Sequence record: DRR723986_34976
DNA length: 58,220 nucleotides
Reading direction: 5' to 3' (one strand)
In this document: piece after piece, positions 18,476 through 27,797 of the stretch
How positions within the stretch are numbered: position 1 is the first letter of the stretch
How the letters are laid out: each line of letters begins with the position of its first letter
Notes under the pieces: generated by a model
What the model was told of the DNA's origin: nothing
Databases searched by the model: none
What the model saw: the letters and a program-made list of their open reading frames with translations, nothing else
Translations under genes and position numbers: made by a program

Positions 18476-19900
18476 ATGTTATTTAATTCTTGGGAATTCA
18501 TCATATTGTTTACCGTTACCTGTGTGTTGTACTTTAACATACCATACAAATACAGGGCGTTACTGTTGTTAATCAGTTCTTATGTCTTTTACAGCTTTTG
18601 GCGCTGGGACTTTGCGTTGTTAATGCTTGGGGTGAGCCTCATAAACTACTATGGTGGCTTAAAAATTCATCAAACGGAAGGGCGGGCGCAACAAAAGGTT
18701 TGGCTATGGAGCACGGTCATCCTCTCTTTAATACCCTTATTGTACTTAAAATACGGCAACTTTTTTATAGCCAACCTCAATGAGCTTGTGTCTGAAACAC
18801 ACAGGTTTTCAACCCTCGATGTTATTTTGCCTGTAGGGATTTCATTTTTTACGTTTCAGGCCTTGAGCTATTCCCTAGACATTTACTACAAAAAAACCAG
18901 TGTAGAAAAAAACATTGTCAATTTTTGTGTCTTCGTGGCCTTTTTTCCACAATTAGTGGCAGGTCCTATCGAACGCTCATCTAACTTATTAAAGCAATTT
19001 AGGGTACCACATGACTTTGACAGGGATGCTTTTATGGCAGGTGCTAAACTTTTTATTTGGGGGTTGTTTAAAAAAGTGGTGATTGCAGACCGGCTGGCAT
19101 TTTATGTCGATAGAGTATATGAACATCCAGAACTCTATGGGGCACCAACCTTAACGGTAGCCACACTATTCTTTGCGGTACAAATCTATTGCGATTTTAG
19201 TGGGTATTCGGATATGGCAATTGGAACAGCCAGAATATTGGGTTTTAAGCTGATGCAAAATTTTAACTTACCTTATTTTGCAAAGTCCATTTCCGATTTT
19301 TGGAGACGTTGGCATATCTCTTTATCTACTTGGTTTTCAGATTATTTGTATAAGCCTCTGGGTGGCAGTCGTGTAGGTTATTACCGATGGTTGGTTAATA
19401 TTTTTATTGTTTTTTTGGTGAGTGGCTTTTGGCATGGAGCCAACTGGACGTTTATCATTTGGGGATTTCTTCATGCCGCGTTCTATGTGTTAGAAAATTG
19501 GGGCGATAAAGTTTTGCAAATGTTAAAGCTATCAAAGCTAAAAACATCAAAGGCTTACCATGGTTTTAAGGTCTTATCCGTGTTTTTATTGGTGTGTTAC
19601 GCTTGGATTTATTTTAGGGCGTCAAGTAGTTCGGATGCCTTTTTAATCTCATCAAAACTCTTTACGGATTGGCACCAGTCCTTATATTTAGGAGCGTCAA
19701 CCGTGTCATTTGTATTGTGTGTAATATTGATTGTGGTTTTAGTGGTGGTGCAAGTCTTCCAATATAAAGGCTACGCCAGCTTATATTTTTCAGAGTCTAA
19801 GGTGCACCCATTCGTACAGTTAGTATGGTATGTTTTACTTTTATTAGGGATTTCCCTTTTGGGGATAAGTACGAATTCGTTTATTTATTTTCAATTTTAG
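18476..19900 (+). CDS. MBOAT O-acyltransferase (AlgI/DltB-like)
   Basis: Motifs MLFNS, LPVGISFFTFQ, FPQLVAGPIER, DFSGYSDMAIG, FWRRWHISLS and GFWHGA, with an FIYFQF terminus. Confidence 0.93.
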   Translation: MLFNSWEFIILFTVTCVLYFNIPYKYRALLLLISSYVFYSFWRWDFALLMLGVSLINYYGGLKIHQTEGRAQQKVWLWSTVILSLIPLLYLKYGNFFIANLNELVSETHRFSTLDVILPVGISFFTFQALSYSLDIYYKKTSVEKNIVNFCVFVAFFPQLVAGPIERSSNLLKQFRVPHDFDRDAFMAGAKLFIWGLFKKVVIADRLAFYVDRVYEHPELYGAPTLTVATLFFAVQIYCDFSGYSDMAIGTARILGFKLMQNFNLPYFAKSISDFWRRWHISLSTWFSDYLYKPLGGSRVGYYRWLVNIFIVFLVSGFWHGANWTFIIWGFLHAAFYVLENWGDKVLQMLKLSKLKTSKAYHGFKVLSVFLLVCYAWIYFRASSSSDAFLISSKLFTDWHQSLYLGASTVSFVLCVILIVVLVVVQVFQYKGYASLYFSESKVHPFVQLVWYVLLLLGISLLGISTNSFIYFQF

Positions 19901-19905
19901 GCGCT

Positions 19906-20790
19906 ATGAACAAGAAAACATTTCTATTCACAATAACGGTCTTTATTTTGCTTTTTGTAGTCCTTGATAGAGCAGTAGCATTGGGACTGGAAAAGGGGCT
20001 TAAAGCGTATTATGGCTTAAATGAGGAAAGTGAATTGGCCTTGGTAGGGCATTCGCATTTAATGCTTGGGGTAGATAAGGTGGCGCTTGAAAAGCAATTG
20101 GGTATAACCGTTTCAAAATACACAAGGGAAGGGGTCAATGTTAGTGACCGTTTAGTGATGATTGAGCAACTTCTTAATACCAACCCTAAGATCAAAACGC
20201 TGATTTATGGTGTAGATACCTGGACATTTACAGGAGAAGGATTAAGCGCTAATTCTTATAAACTGTTTTATCCATTTTTTGATGATCCTAACATTGAAGC
20301 CTATATCAAAGACCATAGTTCGTTTTCAGATTACAGTTCTAAAAAGTACATAAAAACCAGTCGCTTTAATGAGCAATTGATTGCTGGAGCCATGAGAGGC
20401 TATCTTGGAAAATGGGATAACCTTAAATACGGTACTGTAGATATTCCTAAATTAAAGACACAATTACAAGAGCAGTCTTTTAGAAAAATACATAACGACC
20501 AGCAAAATATTGAAACCTTTTACCAAACCCTATCACTTCTAAAGTCTAAAGGCATAAAGGTTCTGTTGCTTCACATACCAACGGTAGATCTTTTGGAAAC
20601 GTACCAAAAAAAGGAGTTTAATGAAACGATGACTATATTTGAAAATGTAGTGGACGACGATGTTACTTTTTTAAATTTACAAGAACCTTGGTCCAGTAAG
20701 TATGAGTTGTTTTATGATCCAATCCATCTTAATCCGAAGGGGCAACAGGAGATTACGGGAGTATTGATTAATTATTTAAAAACACATTAA
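19906..20790 (+). CDS. SGNH-like periplasmic partner of the MBOAT (AlgJ/DltD-like)
   Basis: N-terminal membrane anchor, GHSH block I and a C-terminal DPIHLN (DxxH) motif. Confidence 0.65.
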   Translation: MNKKTFLFTITVFILLFVVLDRAVALGLEKGLKAYYGLNEESELALVGHSHLMLGVDKVALEKQLGITVSKYTREGVNVSDRLVMIEQLLNTNPKIKTLIYGVDTWTFTGEGLSANSYKLFYPFFDDPNIEAYIKDHSSFSDYSSKKYIKTSRFNEQLIAGAMRGYLGKWDNLKYGTVDIPKLKTQLQEQSFRKIHNDQQNIETFYQTLSLLKSKGIKVLLLHIPTVDLLETYQKKEFNETMTIFENVVDDDVTFLNLQEPWSSKYELFYDPIHLNPKGQQEITGVLINYLKTH

Positions 20791-20791
20791 C

Positions 20792-21517
20792 ATGGCTTTA
20801 TTATTGGGCTATCATATTTATAAAAAACCGTTGGGTGCTTTGGATTTTAAATCGCATAAAATAATCAATACCATAAACCCGCACAGTTATTGTGTAGCAC
20901 AGCAGGATACGACCTTTAAGGAAGCCCTAAAAGCTTCCGATATTTTGTTGCCGGACGGCATTGGGATTGTTTGGGCAGAGCGTTTTCTCAACCACAACAA
21001 GATTTCTAAAATAGCAGGTTATGATGTGTTTGTATATCTCATGGAAGAACTCAATAAAACATCAGGCCGATGCTTTTTTTTGGGAGCCGCACCAGCTACA
21101 TTACAACGTATACAACAAAAGGCGGCCAAAGACTATCCTAAAGTAGTGGTGGGTAGTTTTTCACCTCCGTATAAGCCCAAGTTTACCGAGGAAGATAGTC
21201 AGAAAATGTGTGCCGAGGTCAATGCATTTAAACCCGATGTACTTTTTGTGGGAATGACGGCACCAAAGCAAGAAAAGTGGGTGCATGAGAATAAAGCGCG
21301 TCTCGATGCCACAACCATTTGCGCTATTGGTGCAGTTTTTGATTTTTATGTGGGTACCGTAAAAAGATCCCCACAATTCTGGATCAAATTGGGGTTGGAA
21401 TGGTTGCCAAGATTACTCAAAGAACCCAAGCGCTTGTTTAAGCGTAATTTTGTGTCTACACCAAAGTTTATTTTAGAGGTGTTGTGTTATAAGCTCTTTG
21501 GAAAAGGTATTTTATAA
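20792..21517 (+). CDS. WecB/TagA/CpsF family glycosyltransferase (GT26)
   Basis: Motifs PDGIGIVW, VGMTAPKQEKW, IGAVFDF and GLEWLPRL. Confidence 0.92.
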   Translation: MALLLGYHIYKKPLGALDFKSHKIINTINPHSYCVAQQDTTFKEALKASDILLPDGIGIVWAERFLNHNKISKIAGYDVFVYLMEELNKTSGRCFFLGAAPATLQRIQQKAAKDYPKVVVGSFSPPYKPKFTEEDSQKMCAEVNAFKPDVLFVGMTAPKQEKWVHENKARLDATTICAIGAVFDFYVGTVKRSPQFWIKLGLEWLPRLLKEPKRLFKRNFVSTPKFILEVLCYKLFGKGIL

Positions 21518-21695
21518 CTTTAAGACACTAGTACCTTTTTGTGGCAAGAGCTAAAAGTGTTTGAAGACTCTTCTAAATATTATGTAAATTATCAATGAGC
21601 TACAAAATAAAGGCATTTAAATTATTCAAATCTAATGGGGTCAACATTTAAAAAATGAGTCTACAATATTACTTTAACAATAATTCCAAATACCT

Positions 21696-21703
21696 TATAT
21701 TTG
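21696..21703 (+). promoter_or_regulatory. -7 promoter element for wza-wzc
   Basis: TATATTTG, 17 nt before the wza ATG. Confidence 0.7.
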
Positions 21704-21720
21704 ACCTCTAAATTCAATCT

Positions 21721-22482
21721 ATGAAAATAGTAAATAGTTTTTCCTTAATCATCCTGTTGCTAACGTCTTGTGCCTCAAAAAAGGACATCTATTACTTACA
21801 AGATGCCGCTACTAATGGGGTTGGTACCTTTAATTATGCCTCTGCAGACATACAGCCCAATGATATTTTAAAAATTACCGTAGAGAGTGATGTGCCAGAA
21901 ACCGCAATACCCTACAACAGAGGAGGTGCTCAGGGTATGATGCCACAAAATATTCAGGTAATGCAGTTAGATGGCTATTTGGTAGATGTTGATGGCACTA
22001 TTGACTTCCCGGTACTAGGGAAAATTTCAACGACTAACAAAACAACCGCAGCCTTGGCAGACACCATAAAATCTCAATTAATTGCGGGTGGCCATTTGGC
22101 AGCACCCAATGTTAACGTACGTTTAATTAATGCCAAGGTGACGCTCTTAGGCGAGGTCAATCAACCTGGTACCTATAACTTTACAGAGCAAAATATAACA
22201 CTAATGCAGGCCTTAGGCTATGCTGGGGATTTAACGATTAACGGGAAGCGTAATGATATATTACTTACCAGAGAAATTAATGGTATGCGCCAGATCACGC
22301 ATATTGATTTAACCTCTGCTAATTTTATGAAAAGCCCTTACTATTTTGTAAAACCCAATGATCTTATTGTGGTAAATCCCAATAACCCCAGAGTAAAAAA
22401 TGCGGGGTATGTTAGTAATATAGGTACCGTATTAACTATTGCGTCACTCGCCTTGAGTGTTAGTATTTTATTAACCCGTTAG
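21721..22482 (+). CDS. wza: Polysaccharide export lipoprotein (OPX/Wza)
   Basis: Lipobox LLTSC, IQPNDIL, GTIDFPVLG, LGEVNQPG and AGDLTING. Confidence 0.92.
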   Translation: MKIVNSFSLIILLLTSCASKKDIYYLQDAATNGVGTFNYASADIQPNDILKITVESDVPETAIPYNRGGAQGMMPQNIQVMQLDGYLVDVDGTIDFPVLGKISTTNKTTAALADTIKSQLIAGGHLAAPNVNVRLINAKVTLLGEVNQPGTYNFTEQNITLMQALGYAGDLTINGKRNDILLTREINGMRQITHIDLTSANFMKSPYYFVKPNDLIVVNPNNPRVKNAGYVSNIGTVLTIASLALSVSILLTR

Positions 22483-24830
22483 TGATGGAAACACCAAACA
22501 CCAATCCGTTTTTAGTTGAAGAGGACAACCTAGACATAAAACAAGAGGTAGGGCGTTATTTGCGTTTTTGGCCCTGGTTTGTATTTACAGTGGTCTTTGC
22601 CTTGTCTGTGGCCTATGTTTACCTTAAGTATGCTCCGCGTATTTATGAGACCACGGCTAAGATTAAAGTATTAGACGAGGGTGATGGTTTAGAGTTGCCA
22701 ACGGCAGCCTTTATCTTTAAACGTAGTAATATCAATTTAGAAAATGAGATTGAAATATTAACCTCGTATATTATTGGCGAGCGCGTGGTACGTCAACTTA
22801 ACTTAAATACGCGTTTTTATGAGGAAGGGAGAATACAGACCTCGCCCGTTTGGGAGTTGCCCTTTGCGTATACGGCGCTTACACCTGCAGATAGTATACA
22901 AGGTAACTTAGCGTACAAGATAGAGATAGAAAACGCTGCATTAGAGATTACCGATCTAAAGACTGACGCAACCATAAATTTTACGGGTTTACAAACGGCC
23001 AGCTTAGCACACAGCCTGCCATTTGAACTGCGTTATGAGCCTTTGGCAGATATGCCATTAGAAAAATTAGAAGGAAAAACCTATCTGGTCTATTTAACTT
23101 CGGTTAAACAAGCGACCTTAAATTTAAAAAAGCAATTAATAGTGGAGTCGGTAGGTGAACAGAGCGATTTGTTGCAAATCACCATCAAGGCTGAAAACAC
23201 AGAACGATCAGAGCACATATTAAACACCCTGATTGATGTGTTTAATAGTGATGGGATTGCAGATAGACAGTTGGTCTCTAAACGCACTATAGATTTTATT
23301 GATGAGCGCTTTGTCTTTTTAGCTGAAGAGCTAGATTCAATTGAAGTGAATCGTCAGGATTTTAAGCAAGACAATAATTTGACAGATTTGGTAGCTGATG
23401 CCCAAATAGACCTTGAACTGCGCACCCAATCTGAAGGAGAGGTGTTTAGGATTGACAATCAGCTGGTGTTAGCCAGATTGCTCCAAACCTCATTAAACGA
23501 GATCTCCGAGACCGATTTGTTACCTGCTAATATTGGATTAGAAAATGGGGGGATTAATACCTTGATTACAGATTACAATTTAGCGGTCATCAATAGGGAT
23601 AAACTTACCAAAAGTGGTGGAAAAAACAACCCAATGGCAAAGGTAGCCGCCTTACAGGTAGAGGATTTAAAAGCTAATATTAATCAGTCTATTAAGGCGT
23701 ACATTAGGCAGTTGGAAGCAACACAAAAGCAACTTAATAACAGAAATAATAAATATACCGGTAAAGTAGCGCAATTGCCCGAAAAAGAAAAATTGTTACG
23801 AGCTATTGAGCGTCAACAGAAAATAAAAGAGAGTTTATATTTATTATTACTACAAAAGCGTGAAGAAGCAGCCATAAACTTAGCCATTACCGAGCCTTCC
23901 ATAAAAGTGGTGGAATATGCGTTGACGGGCCTATCACCGATTTCTCCAAAATCTAAAATAGTGTACGCAGGTGCTTTACTAGGTGGCTTACTTATACCGT
24001 TTGGTGTGTTGTACCTTATGTTTATGTTAGATACTAAGTTGCATAACCGGGAGGATATTGAGAATGTTGCTTCACAAATACCGGTATTGGCAGAGTTGCC
24101 AGAGATAAAAAAGGGTATGGATACGGTGTTTAGTGACCCTAATGCTACCAGCGTATTGGCTGAATCGTTTAGAATATTGGCGGCCAATGCGGATTATATG
24201 TTGCCAAAAGCTGAGGAATCTGGGAGTCAAGTTATTTTTTGTACCTCTGCTATTAAGGGTGAGGGTAAAACCTTTACAAGTATAAACCTATCATTAGCCC
24301 TGTCTAGTTTAAACAAGAAGGTGTTGCTTATTGGGGCAGATATGCGTAATCCGCAAATACATGCGTATATAAGTGCCTCTAAAAATGACTTGGGCTTATC
24401 TAGTTATTTAAATGATACGGACACCGATTGGAGAGCCTTGCTTAAGCAGGGTTTTGAAAATCACCCTGATCATAGTATACTTTTATCGGGTGCCATACCA
24501 CCGAACCCTGCGCACTTGTTAACTAACGGTCGTTTTGAGCAGTTGTTAGCGCAGGCTAAGACCATGTTTGATTATATTATTGTAGATACGACACCTACAA
24601 TTTTGGTAACGGATACCTTTTTAATATCTAAATATGCAGATTTAACCCTGTTTTTGACGAAGGCCAACTTTACCGAGAAAAAATTATTAGACTTTTCTAA
24701 AGCGTTGCAAGCCTCTGGTAAGCTGAAGAATATGGCCTATGTTATAAATAGCGTCGGTGCAGGCAAGTCTTACAGCTATGGCTATGGCTATAATTACGGG
24801 TATAATTATGGCTACGGTAGCAACACTTAG
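22482..24830 (+). CDS. wzc: Polysaccharide co-polymerase / tyrosine autokinase
   Basis: Two TM segments around a coiled coil, ESFR, Walker A GEGKT, DMRNP and a C-terminal Tyr cluster YSYGYGYNYGYNYGY. Confidence 0.93.
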   Translation: MMETPNTNPFLVEEDNLDIKQEVGRYLRFWPWFVFTVVFALSVAYVYLKYAPRIYETTAKIKVLDEGDGLELPTAAFIFKRSNINLENEIEILTSYIIGERVVRQLNLNTRFYEEGRIQTSPVWELPFAYTALTPADSIQGNLAYKIEIENAALEITDLKTDATINFTGLQTASLAHSLPFELRYEPLADMPLEKLEGKTYLVYLTSVKQATLNLKKQLIVESVGEQSDLLQITIKAENTERSEHILNTLIDVFNSDGIADRQLVSKRTIDFIDERFVFLAEELDSIEVNRQDFKQDNNLTDLVADAQIDLELRTQSEGEVFRIDNQLVLARLLQTSLNEISETDLLPANIGLENGGINTLITDYNLAVINRDKLTKSGGKNNPMAKVAALQVEDLKANINQSIKAYIRQLEATQKQLNNRNNKYTGKVAQLPEKEKLLRAIERQQKIKESLYLLLLQKREEAAINLAITEPSIKVVEYALTGLSPISPKSKIVYAGALLGGLLIPFGVLYLMFMLDTKLHNREDIENVASQIPVLAELPEIKKGMDTVFSDPNATSVLAESFRILAANADYMLPKAEESGSQVIFCTSAIKGEGKTFTSINLSLALSSLNKKVLLIGADMRNPQIHAYISASKNDLGLSSYLNDTDTDWRALLKQGFENHPDHSILLSGAIPPNPAHLLTNGRFEQLLAQAKTMFDYIIVDTTPTILVTDTFLISKYADLTLFLTKANFTEKKLLDFSKALQASGKLKNMAYVINSVGAGKSYSYGYGYNYGYNYGYGSNT

Positions 24831-24850
24831 CGCATACTTACGGATTTACT

Positions 24851-24866
24851 TATGACTTTTATCATA
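24851..24866. promoter_or_regulatory. Palindromic TATGA-N6-TCATA site (Crp/Fnr-type geometry)
   Basis: TATGACTTTTATCATA about 55 nt upstream of the CBS gene. Confidence 0.5.
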
Positions 24867-24921
24867 CTTTTTGTGTGTTTTATAAGGTACTTTTATTAGT
24901 GAATTATTAAAACATCGAGTC

Positions 24922-25341
24922 ATGAGATATATAGAACCAATTTCCACAATAATGACCAAAGACATCATCGCATTGAACCGAGATGATGATTTAGAGACCG
25001 CAGAGATGCTATTTAAACGTTATAAGATAAGACATATTCCAGTGGTTGTAGAAGAAGTAGTAATAGGCATGTTAAGCTATACTGATTTATTAAGAATAAG
25101 TTTTGCAGATGCCGTAGATGAAGACGAAGATGTAGTAGATACTTTGGTGTATAATATGTTTACCATAGAACAAGTCATGGCTAAAAATGTGATTACTGTA
25201 CCTTCAACAGCAAATATTAAGGAAGTTGCTGAGGTCTTAGCAAAACGCGAATTTCATTCTTTGCCAGTAGTTGATGAAGGCCGTTTGGTAGGTATTGTTA
25301 CAACAACCGATTTAATAAATTATTTGCTTAAGCAACTTTAA
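24922..25341 (+). CDS. Tandem CBS-domain protein
   Basis: IMTKD, IRHIPVV, VMAKNV and FHSLPVVDEGRLVGIVTTTD. Confidence 0.92.
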   Translation: MRYIEPISTIMTKDIIALNRDDDLETAEMLFKRYKIRHIPVVVEEVVIGMLSYTDLLRISFADAVDEDEDVVDTLVYNMFTIEQVMAKNVITVPSTANIKEVAEVLAKREFHSLPVVDEGRLVGIVTTTDLINYLLKQL

Positions 25342-25344
25342 ATA

Positions 25345-25371
25345 AAATAGCGCCTATCGGCGCTTTTTTTT
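25345..25371. terminator. Bidirectional intrinsic terminator
   Basis: AGCGCC-TATC-GGCGCT flanked by A/T tracts between convergent genes. Confidence 0.75.
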
Positions 25372-26032
25372 ATGAGTTAGATAATTGCTTCAATCTTTTA
25401 ATCGTGGCTGTTGGGTCATCGCTCTTAAAAACATGACTTCCAGCCACAAAGGTATCAGCACCAGCGTCTACTAGTTTTTCAATATTTTTATCAGTAACAC
25501 CTCCATCTATTTCTATACGCGTGTCTAACCCTTGTGCGTCTATCATATGACGTAATTTTTTTATGCGTTGATAGGTGACGGCTTCAAATTTTTGTCCACC
25601 AAAACCAGGATTAATAGACATTAATAAAATCATATAGCATTCTGGTAAGATATCTTCTAATACACTAATAGGAGTCGTTATATTTAATACAATACCTGCT
25701 TTGCAACCCGCATCTTTAATTTGTCTCAGTGTTCTGTGAAGATGAACAGTAGATTCATAGTGAACGGTGATAATGTCTGCGCCAACTTTAGCGAATGCTT
25801 CAATATAGCGCTCAGGCTTTTCAATCATTAAATGTACATCTAGTGGTTTTGTTGCATGCTTTTTTATAGCAGCTATAACAGGCATTCCATAAGATATGTT
25901 TGGTACAAAGTGGCCATCCATAACATCAATATGAAACCAGTCGGCATCACTGTTATTTACTAGTTCTGTATCGCGTTGTAAATTGCCGAAATCTGCGGCT
26001 AACATTGAAGGTGCAATTAATTTTGAAGCCAT
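25370..26032 (-). CDS. rpe: Ribulose-phosphate 3-epimerase
   Basis: Motifs APSMLAADF, HIDVMDGHFVPN, DVHLM, MSINPGFGGQ and IDGGV. Confidence 0.97.
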   Translation of the reverse strand: MASKLIAPSMLAADFGNLQRDTELVNNSDADWFHIDVMDGHFVPNISYGMPVIAAIKKHATKPLDVHLMIEKPERYIEAFAKVGADIITVHYESTVHLHRTLRQIKDAGCKAGIVLNITTPISVLEDILPECYMILLMSINPGFGGQKFEAVTYQRIKKLRHMIDAQGLDTRIEIDGGVTDKNIEKLVDAGADTFVAGSHVFKSDDPTATIKRLKQLSNS

Positions 26033-26058
26033 TTTTTAGAGGTACTTAAATGTTTGTG

Positions 26059-26066
26059 CAAAAGTA
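26059..26066 (-). promoter_or_regulatory. -7 promoter element for rpe
   Basis: TACTTTTG on the minus strand. Confidence 0.7.
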
Positions 26067-26234
26067 CATGAATTTTTTCATTCAAAAATTAACAAAAAGT
26101 GAATGAAAATATTTTATGGACTAACAATGTGGTTACTGATGTAAACTTAAATGTTTTATTGTTAGCTACAAAATTTAGGTTTTACAGAAGAAATGTAACT
26201 AAAATGAAGAGTAAATAGTTGTCAAAGTATATAT

Positions 26235-26267
26235 AAAAGTGAACCCACGGTAATCAGCCGTGGGTTC
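26235..26267 (-). terminator. Intrinsic terminator downstream of rpoD
   Basis: 10-bp perfect stem GAACCCACGG/CCGTGGGTTC followed by ACTTTT on the minus strand. Confidence 0.8.
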
Positions 26268-26347
26268 TTTCATCAATCAAAAAACGAACAGTTATGTTTT
26301 GTAACTGTTGTTACCTTTATTAGGTTGGTCGTGTAATATACGAAAAA

Positions 26348-27211
26348 CTAACCTAAATATGTCTTTAATATCTTACTTCGTGAAGTATGTTTCAACCTAC
26401 GAATTGCTTTTTCTTTAATTTGTCTTACACGCTCACGAGTTAAATCAAACGTTTCTCCGATTTCCTCTAAAGTCATTGGGTGTTGATTTCCTAAACCAAA
26501 ATATAAGCGAATAACATCTGCTTCACGTGGAGTTAAAGTTTCTAATGCACGTTCAATCTCAGTACGTAATGATTCGTGTAATAAATCTTTATCCGGATTT
26601 GGAGATTCACCACTACGTAATACATCATAAAGATTAGAGTCTTCACCTTCCACTAAAGGAGCATCCATGCTAACGTGACGGCCAGAGTTCTTCATTGACT
26701 CTTTAACATCGTTTATTGTCATGTCTAATTCCTTTGCAATTTCTTCTGCTGAAGGAGGACGCTCATGACTTTGCTCTAAAAACGCAAAAGTCTTATTTAT
26801 TTTATTTATTGATCCAATTTTATTCAACGGTAGACGCACAATACGAGATTGTTCTGCTAATGCTTGTAAAATAGATTGTCTAATCCACCATACAGCATAA
26901 GAAATAAATTTAAAACCACGAGTTTCGTCAAATCGTTGAGCGGCTTTAATTAAGCCTAAATTACCTTCATTAATTAAATCTGGTAATGTTAATCCTTGGT
27001 TTTGATACTGTTTTGCTACAGATACAACAAATCGTAGATTAGCTTTGGTTAATTTTTCTAAAGCGATTTGATCACCAGCTTTAATACGCTGTGCTAATTC
27101 TACTTCTTCGTCTGCTGTAATAAGATCTACCTTACCAATTTCTTGTAAATATTTGTCTAATGACGCAGTTTCCCTGTTGGTAACCTGCTTGGTAATTTTA
27201 AGTTGCCTCAT
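26348..27211 (-). CDS. rpoD: Primary sigma-70 factor of Bacteroidota (lacks region 1.1)
   Basis: [14 protein letters not shown] start, [28 protein letters not shown] and [12 protein letters not shown]. Confidence 0.95.
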   Translation of the reverse strand: MRQLKITKQVTNRETASLDKYLQEIGKVDLITADEEVELAQRIKAGDQIALEKLTKANLRFVVSVAKQYQNQGLTLPDLINEGNLGLIKAAQRFDETRGFKFISYAVWWIRQSILQALAEQSRIVRLPLNKIGSINKINKTFAFLEQSHERPPSAEEIAKELDMTINDVKESMKNSGRHVSMDAPLVEGEDSNLYDVLRSGESPNPDKDLLHESLRTEIERALETLTPREADVIRLYFGLGNQHPMTLEEIGETFDLTRERVRQIKEKAIRRLKHTSRSKILKTYLG

Positions 27212-27262
27212 TTAATTTTAAGATTTGTGCAATTTTACTGCAACAACATGTTGCTATTATTA

Positions 27263-27289
27263 TACGTAATAATGCCATAAAATGTTACA
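27263..27289 (-). promoter_or_regulatory. Putative ECF-sigma promoter upstream of rpoD
   Basis: Minus strand reads TGTAAC-N17-CGTA. Confidence 0.55.
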
Positions 27290-27307
27290 CAATAATTAAA
27301 AAAAACT

Positions 27308-27682
27308 TTAGATCTTTAAAAGTTTCACAGAATCCAAATTGATATCGTCAATGGTTTCATTTGTAAATTTGTAATGACCACGCGTGGTAATTAGTTTAAA
27401 TCTGTAAGATTTAATGACGCTTAAAGTTTTAATAAATAGACACTTAGATTTTAATAGCCTTGGTTTTTGAGATTTTAGGCTCAAATCAAAAATATGCTTT
27501 CTTCCTTTTTTTTTAGCAACGATATCTGGTGTAATTGCAATTTCACTTCCTTTTTTTAGATAAGATTTTGGTGTTTCATAACCATCAATATCTGCTTTAA
27601 TGTTTGAGTATCCCAAATTTTCGAGATATGAAATTGAATGATTTAACTCTTCTTCGTATTTGTCTTTATCTTGTGTTATCAT
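27308..27682 (-). CDS. Hypothetical protein (124 aa), PD-(D/E)xK-like motif
   Basis: Likely ATG at 27682, after the pnp terminator; contains TPDIVA...FDLSLK. Confidence 0.65.
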   Translation of the reverse strand: MITQDKDKYEEELNHSISYLENLGYSNIKADIDGYETPKSYLKKGSEIAITPDIVAKKKGRKHIFDLSLKSQKPRLLKSKCLFIKTLSVIKSYRFKLITTRGHYKFTNETIDDINLDSVKLLKI

Positions 27683-27733
27683 AGCTAAGAGTATAAGAAA
27701 AATAAGGTGGAATTGCAAATGAGTTATGTAAGC

Positions 27734-27770
27734 AAAAAAAAAGCTGCTCTGTAAAAGAGCAGCTTTTTTT
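27734..27770 (-). terminator. Intrinsic terminator after pnp
   Basis: A-tract-GCTGCTCT-GTAAA-AGAGCAGC-T-tract. Confidence 0.85.
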
Positions 27771-27797
27771 ATGATAATAAATATTATAAATGAAGAA

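Noticed and set aside
24771..24818. Short DNA repeats at the end of wzc
   Set aside because: Explained by the normal tyrosine cluster of BY-kinases.
26348..27211. Truncated rpoD
   Set aside because: A short primary sigma lacking region 1.1 is normal for Bacteroidota.
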